A stretch of 64,000 nucleotides of DNA from Hypanus sabinus (taxonomy: Eukaryota), in contig NC_082722.1 in assembly GCF_030144855.1 (NCBI RefSeq), forward strand, positions 21,328,001-21,392,000, in the 5' to 3' direction. Below, piece by piece: positions 51,020 to 64,000 of the stretch. Under the pieces are notes generated by a model, which was given only the letters and a program-made list of their open reading frames with translations, was not told where the DNA came from and ran no database searches. Both the position numbers and the translations under genes were made by a program. The first letter of the stretch is position 1, and each line of letters begins with the position of its first letter.

Positions 51020-54000
51020 CTAAACGTCAATCTCACAAACCACACATCTTCCCTCTTATTGCTTCCCAAAAGGTGTCTCCCCTGAACTGATGGAAACAGA
51101 TTGTAATACCACCTCCCTGACCCATTCCTATCATATAATTTCTACCATTTCCCAATCCCAGCCAACCTGATGCAAAATTTGGTTTCATACTTTCCCACAT
51201 TAACTATAATATCTACCTCTGACTTAATAAGTGTCTGTTTTTGCTATCACATCTTCTCTTTCATTACCTGATACACCCACTTGTGCAGGTCCCCCCCCAA
51301 AAAAAAAACTGTTCTACTATTCCCAAACTTTACAGAACATAAAAATATAGAACACTTGCATCAACAGATCAGGTCTACTTGAACACTTCAATTACAAACT
51401 CTGCAATATCGAGGCAGATTCTGAGTAGATCAGGACTCTATTTGGCTTAACTTCTTCGACCCTTTGCAAACTGATGCCATAAATTCTGCTATGCAGACAG
51501 ACAACCCATCTGTCAGCCTTTTCCCCACCTCAGCATTAAACCAGGGGATAAATATCCCAGAGCTCACCTGGTTACTAACTGGGTCTTTATACCATTTATA
51601 AAGACAGGCAAAAAGGAAAAATACTGCTGCCATAAATGACCAGACACCCTCTCACCACGCATGAGATCCTGTCTGTCTCCCAGTAACATCAAATCTACTC
51701 CCACATCAGGAAATTTCAATGGTGGAACTCCTAGCCAGGCTATAGTTGGGCTAATCTGCAAATCCCCAACACCATACTCCTGCAAGTATTCCCCAATTAT
51801 CTGCCCAAATCATTGACGAAACCTTTCAGCATTCCTAACAACTCTCCCTGCTATCACTCTTTTCTGAAACTTCAGCAAAGCTTCTTGCATTAACCTGTGT
51901 TTGAAAACACAAACTGCCTGTCTCCAGTCTCTGATGGGTTCTGTACATTCCCCTGTCCACCAAGGAACACATTTCTTACCAGCTCTCCAAGACACCAAAG
52001 GAATAGCTTGACGGGTGACCCCACGCAAACCAGAAATTATACTCTGATATTCTTCTTCTATGGTACCACCTAGAGACAATTAATTTCTCCCACTCAATGG
52101 AAAATTTGCCCCAGTTTTCCCTCTTAAAACACCATCTAGTACCTGAACTCAAATTCTAACAGTGAATCTTCAGCCCTACAATACATAAGACTGGGAAATG
52201 ATCACTCCCCACACAATCAGTCGTTACATCCCAACTCTGAAGTCCAGCAAGTGGAGCGGAGCTAAGAATCAAGTCCAGGCGCAAACTCCAGCTTTGGTGA
52301 TGTCTACACTTGTCTCTTTTCCATCATTTAAATCAAATTCTTCCAAAAACTATTACTGCCCCATTAGCATCTGTAGTCTTACCACTATGTGCATTAAAAT
52401 GATTTTGTCATAATAAGTTTCTACCATTCTTCTCAACCCTTCCACAAACAGCTTCAGACCTGGAATACAAAAGTTCACAATTTTGATCCAACGCTGTGGA
52501 TGTAACAGTTTAACAATTAAGCACTAAGTATTCTATGGAGAAGGCAGAATTTTGTGTAATAAACCCTCCTTCACAAAGGCGGCACAGAATCTCCTATTGC
52601 TCTAAGTCTATCATATTTCACAACCTCATAACGCAAAATCTTGAATGATAATGTGATCGCAACCACGTTTCTTGTACACAAATAACTTGCAGGGGATTAC
52701 CAAAACCTGAAACATATGCTTTAAATTCCTGTTCATTGTCTAACAAGCTTCGCTCATTCCAATGAAGAACTGTAAATTGATTGGAAAAGCACCCTGTATA
52801 CAATCACACTCCACCAGCAGCCCATTCCCTCTACTATCATACCCCAAATCTGCTCTCCTTTAGTACTTCATGTACCTGTTCTGCAGTAATTCCCACTAAT
52901 CCCAGATATCTTGATGCTGCATCCACCACCATTCTGAGTCTGTCAGATTTTGTTCCCACCTGTACTGTTCCACTTACCACAGCATAAAGAAATGGAAGAA
53001 AATCTAATTTTTAAGAATCAATACCTCACTAGATGTCTCACCTCCCACGCTCTCCGCCTGTACAATTTCATTTCGTGGTTTCCTCCATCTGGATCCCTAT
53101 GAGTGTCCGTTTTAACCTGACACACAAACTCCATTCCACACCATTACTTTAACTCCCCAACTTGTATTTTGCATGTCACAATTTCCCCCTGCAAGAAGCA
53201 ACAACATCTCCCGCTCGTTGTCATTGAAAACACAAGGTTGGAGGGTCATACATTCTGACCGAATAACTAATGCAGACTTAAGGAATTTTTGACAGTAGCA
53301 CTTCATCAGAGAAATACAACAGAACAAACTATCACATTTCCCCCTTCTCTCCAAGTCTGTATTCTGTTAAACAAAACTGCCTTTCCCCCTCTCAGGTTGT
53401 CTCCAATATACACACAGAGGTGCACCTGAAATAACACACCAAACCTTCATTTGTCCCCCTATCAATGTATTCTCTCGTTTTAAATCAAATCGACATATTG
53501 CTGACTTTGCTCTACCAATGTCCTTCTTAATACCCTTCTTCAATCTAACCGCGTTAAGATTTTTTGTCACAATTAGATATGAAATTCATTATCTTGAATT
53601 CGACATCATCTTCTGTTCCAGTCCTACTGCCCTTCAGCGGGCGACCCTCCTCATCCGAACCACCCTCACCCCCGACTCATGTTCGCTTTCTTTCTTGCCC
53701 AACTCCATTCCACACCAACTCCCCGCCATTGTCTTCCCTCAGTCACATCACATCAGGCGATGCAAACCGCGCGCCCCCGACTCTCGCACCAGCACTCCGC
53801 GGTTCCGGTCAAGGCGCGCACCCCGACACTCTAGCGCCAGCACTCCGCGGTTCCGGTCAAGGCGCGCGCCCCCGACACTCTCGTGCCAGCACTCCGCGGT
53901 TCTGGTCAATGCGCGCGCCCCCGACTCGCGCCAGCACTCCGCGGTTCCGGTCAAAGCGCGCGCCCACGACTCTCGCGCCAGCACTCCGCGGTTCCGGTCA

Positions 54001-55260
54001 AGGCGCGCGCCCCCGACTCTCGCGCCAGCACTCCGCGGTTCCGGTCAAAGCGCGCGCCCACGACTCTCGCGCCAGCACTCCGCGGTTCCGGTCAAGGCGC
54101 GCGCCCGGACTCTCGCGCCAGCACTCCGCGGTTCCGGTCAAGGCGCGCGCCCCCGACTCTCTCGTGCCAGCACTCCGCGGTTCCGGTCAAGGCGCGCACC
54201 CCGACACTCTAGCGCCAGCACTCCGCGGTTCCGGTCAAGGCGCGCGCCCCCGACACTCTCGCGCCAGCACTCCGCGGTTCCGGTCAAGGCGCGCGCCCCC
54301 GACTCTCGCGCCAGCACTCCGCGGTTCCGGTCAAAGCGCGCGCCCACGACTCTCGCGCCAGCACTCCGCGGTTCCGGTCAAGGCGCGCGCCCGGACTCTC
54401 GCGCCAGCACTCCGCGGTTCCGGTCAAGGCGCGCGCCCCCGACTCTCTCGTGCCAGCACTCCGCGGTTCCGGTCAAGGCGCGCACCCCGACACTCTAGCG
54501 CCAGCACTCCGCGGTTCCGGTCAAGGCGCGCGCCCCCGACACTCTCGCGCCAGCACTCCGCGGTTCCGGTCAAGGCGCGCGCCCCGACTCTCGCGCCAGC
54601 ACTCCGCGGTTCCGGTCAAGGCACGCGCCCCCGACTCTCGCGCCAGCACTCCGCGGTTCCGGTCAAAGCGCGCGCCCACGACTCTCGCGCCAGCACTCCG
54701 CGGTTCCGGTCAAGGCGCGCGCCCCCGACTCTCGCGCCAGCACTCCGCGGTTCCAGTCAAGGCGCGCGCCCCGACTCTCGCGCCAGCACTCCGCGGTTCC
54801 GGTCAAGGCACGCGCCCCCGACTCTCGCGCCAGCACTCCGCGGTTCCGGTCAAGGCGCGCGCCCCCGACTCTCGCGCCAGCACTCCGCGGTTCCGGTCAA
54901 GGCGCGCGCCCCGACTCTCGCGCCAGCACTCCGCGGTTCCGGTCAAGGCGCGCGCCCCCGACTCTCGCGCCAGCACTCCGCGGTTCCGGTCAAGGCGCGC
55001 ACCCCGAAACTCTCGCGTCAGCACTCCGCGGTTCCGGTCAAGGCGCGCGCCCGCGCCCTAGCCTTTCAGACGCTCCGATTCTGCGGCTGGATTCAGGGCT
55101 GCGCTCCCTCTGCTTTCTTCAACGATTCACCAGTCACATGCGCCTCCAAAACAGGCGAAAAGCAGCTCGGCGGGAACAGTCCTCGGTGAACTCGCAGTTA
55201 AAACACAAATGCTCGTCAATACGGTGACGCTCTGGAGAGAGCGCGCAGTCAACAGTCCGC
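51020..55260 (-). mobile_element. Highly degenerate Nimb/I-clade-like LINE (APE endonuclease; RT largely deleted)
   Basis: VLHWNERSLLDNEQEFK..VICVQETWL, VPWWTGEC; GC-rich putative 5' end near 55260. Confidence 0.65.
53768..55050. repeat. GC/CpG-rich minisatellite, about 27 copies of a ~47-bp unit
   Basis: Consensus GCACTCCGCGGTTCCGGTCAAGGCGCGCGCCCCCGACTCTCGCGCCA with small length variants. Confidence 0.97.
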
Positions 55261-55469
55261 CCCTGCATTTCTAATAACCAGTACTGTTTATTGTTCTTGT
55301 GTTACAAAACCTCTGTGGCATTATGCTGGGAAGTTCCAGATAATTTATTGTTGTACTTTAGCTTGGGTTATACAGTTATTTGCTTGTATGTATTTGTGGG
55401 TCACACTATCTGTAACCGGGCTATATGATGGTCACTCCTTTGTCTGTGTGAGACTGGGTTCATTCTCCG

Positions 55470-58400
55470 GGTCCATAAGACCGGAAGATATAGAAACAAA
55501 AGTAGGCCATTTGGCCCATCAAGTCTGCTCTGCCATTCAATCATGGGCCGATCCAATTCTTCCAGTCATCCCCACTCCCCTGCCTTCTCCCAGTATCCTT
55601 TGGTGCCCTGGCTAATCAAGAACCTAGCTATCTCTGGCTGAAATGCACCCAATGACTTGGCCTCCATAGCCGCTGGTAGCAACAAATTCCACATATTTAC
55701 CACCCTCTGACTAAATTAATTTATCTGCATCTTTGTTCTAAATGGACATCCTTCAATCCTGAAGTCATGCCCAATGATCTCAAACTTTCACTGTTTGATG
55801 TCTCTACCCACTTACGGAGAAGGCTTCAGGAGTAAACCCTGAGGAAAAATCCAGAGCTGGAATCCCTAAGGCAGTCCCTACATCAGTTCAACACTGACTG
55901 GCAACTCCTGCGATGTCACTGGGTGCCAAACTGTATCTGTCTTTGCCGTTCCTTTGGATTCATCTGTTGCGTGGAGAGGCGGAGCCTGCTTGCTGCATGG
56001 ACAACAGCTTGCTCTCCTTATCCTAGACTCCCCTGCCATGGGAAATAATTATGCCATATCTAATCTGTTCAGGCATTTTAACATTGGGAATGTTTCTATG
56101 AGATCCACCATCATTCTCCTGAACTCCAGGGAATACAGCCAAGAGCTACCAGACCTTCCTCAGACAGTAACCCTTTCATTCTTGGAATCATTCTCCTGAA
56201 TCTTCTCCTGAAACCTCTCCAATGTCAGTACATCCCTTCTTAAAAAAAGAGCCCAAAACTGCACACGACACTCCAAGCGTGGTCTCACGAATGCCTTCCA
56301 GTGCATTAACATCACATCCCTCCTCTTACGTTCTGTACCTTTAGAAATGAATGCCAACACTGCATTTGCCTTTACCACTGATTCAACTTGGAGGTTAACC
56401 TTTAGGATAACCTGCACAAGGACTCCCAAGTCCCTTCGCATCTCTGCATTTTGAATTTTCTCCCCATCTAAATAATAGTCTGCCCATTTATTTCTTCCAC
56501 CAAAGTGCATGACCATCCACCTTCCAACACTGTATTTCATTTGCCACTTCTTTGCTCATTCGCGTAAACAATCTAAGCCTTTCTGCAGGCTCTCGGTTTA
56601 CTCAACACTACCTGCTCTTCCACCTATCTTTGTATCATCAGCAAATTTAGCCACAAATCCATTAAACCCATAGTCGAAATCATTGACATACATTGTAAAA
56701 AGCAGTGGTCCCAACTGTGGAACTCCACTGGTAACCAGCAGCCAGCCAGAATAGGATCCCTTTATTCCTGCTCTCTGTTTTCTGCTGATCAGCCAATGCT
56801 CCACCCATGCTAGTAACTCCCCTGTAATCCCATGGGCGCTTATCTTGCTAAGCAGCCGCATGTGTGGCACCATGTCAAAGGCCTTCTGAAAATCCAAGTA
56901 CACCACGTCTACTGAATCTCTTTTGTCAACCCTGCTTGTTATTTCCTCAAAAAATTGCAGTAGGTTTATCAGGCAGGATATTCCTTTCAGGAAGCCATGC
57001 TGGCCTTGGCCTATCTTGTCATGTGCCTCCAGGTACTCCATAATCTCATCCTTAACAATTGATTCCAATAACTTCTCAGCCACTGCTGTGGGGCTAACTG
57101 GTCTATAGTTTCCTTTCTGCTGCTTCCCACCCTTCTTAAATAGCGGAGTAACATTTGCCATTTTCCAGTCATCAGGTACAATGGCAGAACCTATCGATTC
57201 TTGAAAGTTCATTGTTAATGCCTTCGCGATCTCTCCAGCTACTTCCTTCAGAACCCAAGGGTGCTTTCCTTCAGGTACAGGAGATTTATCCACCCTCAGA
57301 CCATTAATCTTCCTGAGCACCTTCTCAGTCATAATTTTCACTGCACATACTTCACTTCCCTGACACTCTTGAATGTCTGGTATACTGCAGATGTCTTCCA
57401 CTGTGAAGACTAATGCAAAATACGCATTCAGTTCCTCTGCCAGCTCTGCATCTCTCATTAAAATATCTCCAGCATCATTTTCTATTGGTTTTATATCTAC
57501 CCTCAACTCTCTTTTACCCTTTGTATACCTAAAAAAACTTTTAGTATCTTCTTTGATATGAGACTCCAGCTTCCTTTCGTAATCATCTTTTCCTTCCTAA
57601 TGTCCTTCTTAATTTCCTTCTGTAAGTTTTGAAAAGCTTCCCAATCCTTTATCTTCCCACTAGCTTGGCTTCCTTGTATGCCCTCTCTTTTGCTTTTACT
57701 TTGGCTCTGACTTAACTTGTCAGCCACGGCAGTGTCCTTCTTCCATGTGAAAATTTCTTCCTTTTTGGAATATTTCTGTCTTGCACTGCTCTAATATTTT
57801 GCCCGAAATCCAGCCATTACAGCTCTGCTGTTCTTCCTGCTAGTGTCCTGTTCCAGTCAACGTTGGTCAGTTCCCCTCTCATGCTATTGTAATTTCCTTT
57901 ATCTCACTGAAATACCGATACATTGGATCTTATTTAACCCTATCAGATTTCAATCTGAATTCAATCATACTGTGATCACTGTTCCCTAAGGCGCCTTAAA
58001 CATAAGCTCTCTTACCACCTCTGGATCTTTGCACAACGCCCAATCCAGCACAGCTGATCCCCTAGTGGGCTCAACAACAAGCTGTTCTAAAAAGCCATTC
58101 TACAAATTCTCTCTCTTGAGGTCCAGCACTGAGCTGGTTTTCCCAATCCACTTTCATGTTCCCCAACGATTATCATGACATTGCCTTTCTGACATACCTT
58201 TTCTATCTCTTGCTGCAATTTGTAATCTACATCCCAGCTGCTTTTTGGAGCACTGTATACAAGTGCCATTAGGGTCTTTTTACCCTTGCCCTTTTTAACT
58301 CAACCTGTACAGGCTCTACACTTTCCAATCCTATGTCATCTCTTTCTACTGATTTAATATTATTTCTTATACACAGAGCCACACCACCCCCTCTGCCTAC

Positions 58401-58770
58401 TAACCTATCCTCTGGATACACCGCATATCTATGGACATTCAGCTCCTAATGGCAGTCATCCTTTAGCCAAGTTTCAGAGATGACCACAATATCATATTTG
58501 CCAATCTGTAGCTGAATTTCAAGACCATCCATTTTATTTCTTATTCTGTGTGCATTCAGGCATAACAGTTTCATTTCAGTATTTGTTGCTCTCTGTTTTA
58601 ACTGCACCATACCTCTATTGCACTGTAACTCATGCAACTGGCTGTGATTACACCTCATCTCCTGCTCGTTCTTTCTATAATCTCTGTTGCAAGCTATATT
58701 TGATTTATTTCTGCTTTCCCCTTCCTTAACACTATCCCTCCATTCCCACCCCCTACCTAATTAGTTTAGA
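55470..58770 (-). mobile_element. CR1 LINE ORF2 (endonuclease and RT), fragmented, with an unrelated insert at about 55780-56020
   Basis: ORF 56598..57506 NYRPVS, YLDFQKAFD, SGVPQ, KFADDTK; endonuclease LNAHRIRNK..ISETWL. Confidence 0.95.
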
Positions 58771-59449
58771 TTGAAGAAGATGGGAGAAGCTGGGAACAGG
58801 AGACTGAGGTGGATCAGACACACTCATGTTGGATGGTGAACAACTTCTGTTTCTTCATTTCCCTAATTTTCTGAGCCTCCACTGTGCACAAACCACTCAG
58901 CCTCTCACCACAGCACATGGTGTCACCCTGGGGAACCTGCCAGGAACACAGATACAAGGGGAATGTAACCCAGTCTCTCTCCTTCCGATACTACACAAAA
59001 CTTGTTCCTCAAGCTTTTATGTGTGAAGTGATCTTTTCCACACGTTTGAAGCCCAGCTGATCAGATTTAAAGATATTTCACCCTGCTGACCACAGAAGCT
59101 GAAGAAGCGGCTGGGGCAGGACATGGAATTGGGAGGAGGGTTATCCGGTTCCTGGTAGGATTTGGAGAACACCAGCCCACACACCTTGGGCTACAACAGA
59201 GCTGTGAAACCACTTACCGGGTGGATCTGACCACCCTTGCCATCAGTAACCTGACAAGCAACCCAAAATCAGGAAAACCGGGTATGGTAGGACTGAAGCA
59301 CACAGAAGGAGGCCTATAAACTGCCTGACAGATTCTGAGAGTGTATAAATGCCTGCCTGCAATCTCATTATTCCTAAAAACTGGAATTTAAAACAACTTC
59401 CTTGTTTGCCTGTGCCCCAACACCTCCATCAACAACCGTTAGAGGGACT

Positions 59450-59468
59450 CTGGCGCCTCCTAGTGTCT
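59450..59468 (-). promoter_or_regulatory. Candidate CTCF site
   Basis: Minus strand GACACTAGGAGGCGCCA resembles the CTCF core CCAC(T/C)AGG(T/G)GGCGC; motif match by eye only. Confidence 0.35.
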
Positions 59469-59769
59469 GCCCACAGTTTGTGTCTCAGGCACCAATGGTG
59501 CTCCAGACTTCTTGGTTTTAATATTTAATTTCAAAATGAAAGAACTTACAGTACATCTGATTACAAGAACCAGGACAGACCTGAAAGAAATCTATAAAAT
59601 TCTGAGAGGCATAGACAGAGTATAGCTCAGGTATCTTTATCCTCAGGGGCAAACTATATTTTAGGTGAGGGGAGTGGGGAAGTACAAAGGAAATGTGTGG
59701 GGCAAATACTTATTTACTCCACACAGAGAATGCTGAGTGCCTGGAATGCGCTGCCTCGGATAGCAGTGG

Positions 59770-60540
59770 GGGCTCCTGCTGACATCTCCCAAACCTGCAC
59801 ACGTAGTCATCCCCCCAGTCTCCACCCAGATAATAGAATCAGCTGCCGCTCATCCCAGATGCATCACCTGCAGCCTATTTAACCCCAATTCTCATCCACA
59901 GTCCTTGTTCACTTATCAAACCAGCTGGCCTCAACCAGTAGTCCTAGGTTTCATTCTCCCTGCCTGGCGTTTATTTAGTTTCTGTTGTGTTTAGTTAATG
60001 TTTTGTGGCCCCTTGTGGCTCATTACTTTGTGATTATCATTCACTGCTAAGTCGTCTCCATGGCTCCGGTTTTGGGACAAGCCTCTTCTACATTTGTTGA
60101 GTGACCCATCGATTGACCCAGCAGAGTATGCTCACCTAAATGAAGTCATCCACTGACACAAGCACATGATCCAAAGAAAGAGCAGGAAGCCATTGGCTAT
60201 CTGTCTGCAACTCTCTTCCGAACTCTCGCCCCTGTTGTAGCATCTCTGCTCCGGTCAACCTCCTCCATCTGAGCCCCAGATGTGGTGCCAGTGCCAGGAT
60301 TCCCTTCCTCATCTCTCTCTTGACTGGGCGTGCTCTGATCTTTGTCACTGCTATCTGGAATGATGAAACTATCACCTGCATCAAATCTGAGGTCTTCACA
60401 ACTGAGATGCGTTGGGTTTGTGACCATCTGGGAAATGGAACGGAAGCAGCAGAGCATATACTTTGTCAAGCTCACACTCTCTTCTGGATTGCACCAAGGA
60501 ATTCAGGACCCTCGTGTTGGAGAGTGGTTAGAATGCAGAA
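59770..60540 (+). mobile_element. LTR-like segment and start of Gypsy-like internal region
   Basis: cacctgcagcctatttaaacc TATA-like motif followed by a gacccagcag gag-start-like sequence. Confidence 0.4.
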
Positions 60541-60549
60541 GCACTGATG

Positions 60550-63500
60550 GGTCATTAGCATCACACCCTCTCCGAGTGCTTGAAAGATGAACTGTATATT
60601 TGGGTGGTGCCCATCAGCATCGAAATACTGAACAGGGAGACTTTCATCTGCAAGGTTTTGATCGACTGGTGTAAATTCAAGGTTGAGGATATCGACTGCA
60701 TCCCGGACTTCAGCGGGTTCTTCGACATCACCTTTAACTGGCTATGTAAAATGTGCGAAGTATAAAGAGTACTGTGCCGTGCGTCAGAGCACTCCGGTGC
60801 ATGGACAATGTGACTTTCCTTCAGGAAAGCGGGCTACCACACCTCTGCTACGACCGAAGGTGGTTGCAGCGGTGACCCCAGGGTTTCTCAGTGTGGTCAG
60901 TGGGATAAAGATTGTCATGCTTCCAGCCCGGGGTTTCTGCTGCGGGGACGCAACTTGTCAACCTCCCAAGTTAAGGAGGTGGTTGCGGGGCCCCTCCTGG
61001 TGGCAAATGTCAAATAGCGAACAACTCCGCTCCGGCTGATCAAGGTTTACGCCTCCCCCGAGCGGAGCGAGCGGCTCCCGCCGCTGCTGGTGACGTCCCG
61101 TCCGGACACTTCACCTGCACCATCAATGCGGCTGGACAATCCGACAGCGCCGACGGCAGGCTGGACAGTACCTCCGGACTCCTGATGGAATGGTTAAGTC
61201 AGCCAAGCTGCGCGACGCCTTTGGCACCCCCAGGGGTGGAGCTCAGCCGCAAGCCACTTGACACGACCGGACGGCTCAGGCCGCTCCCGGATCGACTTGC
61301 TCTTCCTCTCAGAGCCCCTCACATCAGATCCACCGACGTCACGCCGCTGTTCTTCTCCGACCACTGCATTCTGCGAGCCACCTGTCACGGGAGGATCAGC
61401 AAGCAGGCAGGGGGTGTGGAAGCTGAACGTTAAGCTGCTGACCCCCGAGAACATTAATGAACTAGAGAGGGCGTACATAGGGTGGAGAACCTTGAAAGCC
61501 TTCTCTGATTCCGCTGTTCGCTGATGTGAAGTGTTACAAACCCCGTAACTGGGTCACTTACCAGCACAGAAGCCACCAAGGAGAACATCAAGAGGATCTT
61601 CATCTGCAAGGGGATCCAGAAAGCAACGCAGAGGCAGAGGGAACTGCATAAACTCCACACAGAGACGCAGCAACTCCTCCTTCTGCAGTCGAAGGGGGTA
61701 GATGTGAGGGAGGAATTATGACAGGTGAAGAGCCGGCAAATCCAGCACGTCGATACTGAATCCTCCAAGGGCATCTTCTGATCAAGGGTCCAAACTGTGG
61801 AACAGGACGAGACATACTCATGTTTCTCCTTCCAAAACGTGCATGGAGGACCTCTGTGATCCACAACCTTAAGGAAGAGACCGCTCAGTCACGTCCTCGC
61901 AGACAGACATATTGAGGTTCTGTAGGTCCTTCTATGCCAGACTGTGTGACAAAAAGGCCACAGATGCCACAGCCTCCCAGAACTTCCTGTCGTCTATTAT
62001 GCAGGTCTTAGACAATGGCAAGCAGAGAGTCTGGACCACCACTGACCCTCGGCCAGCTGACAGGCTCCATCTGTTCCTTTGAGGCGAATAAGACTCCCAG
62101 AAGCGACCGCTTGCCAGTCGAGTTATTTTTGGCCCTGTGGAACTGGACGGGCCCTGACCTACTGGAAGTGTACAACATTAATGCTTCCAGCTGGCAACAT
62201 GTCGGAATCCATGAGGAAGGGCATCATTACCCTCATCTACAAGCAGAAGGGGGAAAGGGATGACATTAAAATTTGGAGGCCCATATCACTCCTGAATGTG
62301 GACTACAAGATCCTGTCCAAGGCTAATGCCAACAGGGTCAAGTCTGTTCTGGGACAGGTGATCCACCTGGACCAAAGCTGTGCTGTACCGGGCAGGAAGA
62401 TCTCAGATAGCCTCTCGCAGCTGAGGGACACCATCACTTCTGTGCAGGACAGGGGAATGAACGACTGTCTAGTCAGCTTGGTCTGGGAGAAAACCTTTGA
62501 CAGGAAATCACAGACGTACATGACTGACCTACTCTCCAAAATGGGATTTGGGGAGGAAATCAGGAATTGGATCAAACTGCTCTGCACAGGCATCTGTAGT
62601 GCAGTCCAGGTCATTGAATGGGAAACAGACAGCTTCCCCATCAAGTCTGGAGTCAGGCAGGGCTGCCCACTCCCCCCTGACTTGTTTGTGTGTTTGTATA
62701 AAACCCTCTGCTGAAGCCATCAGGAAGGATGAGGGCATAAGAGGAGAGACGCTGCCAGGCAGCAGAGGGGCCCAAGTAAAAACTTCCCTGTTCATAGAAA
62801 ATGTCTCCATCTTCTGCTCTGATCCAAGGTCAGTTCACAGGTTTATTAGCATCTGCAACTAGTTTGAGCTGACATCGGGGCCAAGGTCAACCGCATGGGG
62901 TCAAAGATGTTGGCCGCTGATGTCCAGTGTCCCCTTCACCATCAGGTCCAATTATGTGAGGTGTTGGGGATCTGATTTGGAGGGGCACAGGTGAGTAATA
63001 AGAATTGGATGAAGTGGACTGCTAAGGTAAAGCAGAAACTGGGTCTGTGAGGAGGGCAGTCCCTATCAATAACAAGGAAGAACCTGGTTGTCAGGTGTGA
63101 GGTGCTGTCAGGGCTGCTGTACTTGGCGCAAGTGTGGTCCATCCCCCATTCCTGCAGCTCGGAGATCACTGGCGTTGTCTTCAAGTTCATCTGGGGATCT
63201 AAAATGGAGCAAGTCAGATAGGTCACTATGCTCAAGTCTCTGGACATTGGGGGCAAAAATGTTCCCAATGTCGCTCTCGTCCTGATGACCAGCTTCATAA
63301 GTGGCTGCATCAGGTTGTGTGTGAATCCCAAATATGTGGAGACCAAGTACCTCGACATAGCCAGGTTCTACCTGTTGCCCTGGTTACGAAGGATGGGTCC
63401 AGCTCCGTCCCCATGCAACGCCCCTGTCCGCTGGACTTTGCCGCAATACCTGTTCTTCATGGAAGAGTTCTTTCAAAACAACACCTTTGACCACAGAGCC

Positions 63501-64000
63501 ATCAGGCAGTGGTCAACACGGAATGTCCTGCAGACACTGTAGGAGAAGGAAGCGAGAGAGTCAGTGGGGTGGTTCCCTGAGCAGACTTTCCAGGTCATCT
63601 GGCAAAATGCTTCAATGTCAGACCTCGCCAACAGGCACCAAAACCGAGCCCGGCTGGTGGTGAGAGGGGCCCTCCCAGTCATATCCCTCCTGTGTGCCGG
63701 AACATCATCTCCACAACCTGCCCATGGGAGCATTGCAGTGGGCACGAATCAGTAATCCATCTCTTTGCACACTGTGGGTTCACTGGGAAGATGTGGAGGA
63801 GGATGAAAGGGCTGGTGTCACACTTCATCCCCAGCAGCTGTGTAACAGAGGAATCTCTGATCTACTGCAAGTTCCCAGGGACGCACACAGAGATAAACAT
63901 TAGGTACTGCTGGCAGATTATCAGCTCAGTGAAAGACGCTCTTTGGTCGGCCTGAAACTTTGGCCTACAGCACATCGAGATGTCCGGGGCGGAATGCTGC
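60550..64000 (+). mobile_element. Tx1-like (L1 clade) non-LTR retrotransposon, degenerate, running off the window end
   Basis: SRIDLL, FFSDHC, WKLNVKLL, WRPISLLNVDYKILSK, SGVRQGCPL, C-terminal CPWEHCSGHESVIHLFAHC. Confidence 0.92.

Noticed and set aside
53768-55050. CRISPR-like appearance of the array
   Set aside because: No unique spacers, no cas genes, eukaryotic context.
53518-55189. Long ORFs of 541, 326 and 203 aa
   Set aside because: They are translations of the nearly stop-free GC-rich minisatellite, open in several frames, with no domain.
56598-57506. 302-aa RT ORF as an active or domesticated gene
   Set aside because: Flanked by frameshifts and stops, with a deletion in the GVPQG motif region; an ordinary dead CR1.

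Overview
Eukaryotic, repeat-rich vertebrate DNA. The mix of CR1, Penelope-like, Tx1, Rex/Babar and HE1-like V-SINE repeats suggests a cartilaginous fish (inference). The one host gene is a complete multi-exon adhesion GPCR of the ADGRG1/3/5 group, most similar to ADGRG3/GPR97, on the minus strand. I rebuilt it by hand from splice sites and exon phases: ATG at 45159, stop at 7023-7025, with signal peptide, GAIN domain, GPS ([13 protein letters not shown]) and 7TM. The main unexplained structure is a ~21 kb tandem array (about 23.6-44.7 kb, core period 1920 bp) between the signal-peptide exon and the GAIN exons. Each complete unit carries one 42-nt phase 1-1 microexon encoding a 14-aa Cys-containing peptide (e.g. 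[14 protein letters not shown]). Six copies have intact AG/GT sites, two have damaged splice sites, and one unit lost its exon by deletion. The receptor may therefore have an expandable or splice-variable N-terminal cassette. The rest is decayed retroelements plus a CpG-dense 47-bp minisatellite with higher-order structure. Transposon family calls come from remembered motifs, not database searches, and their boundaries are approximate.
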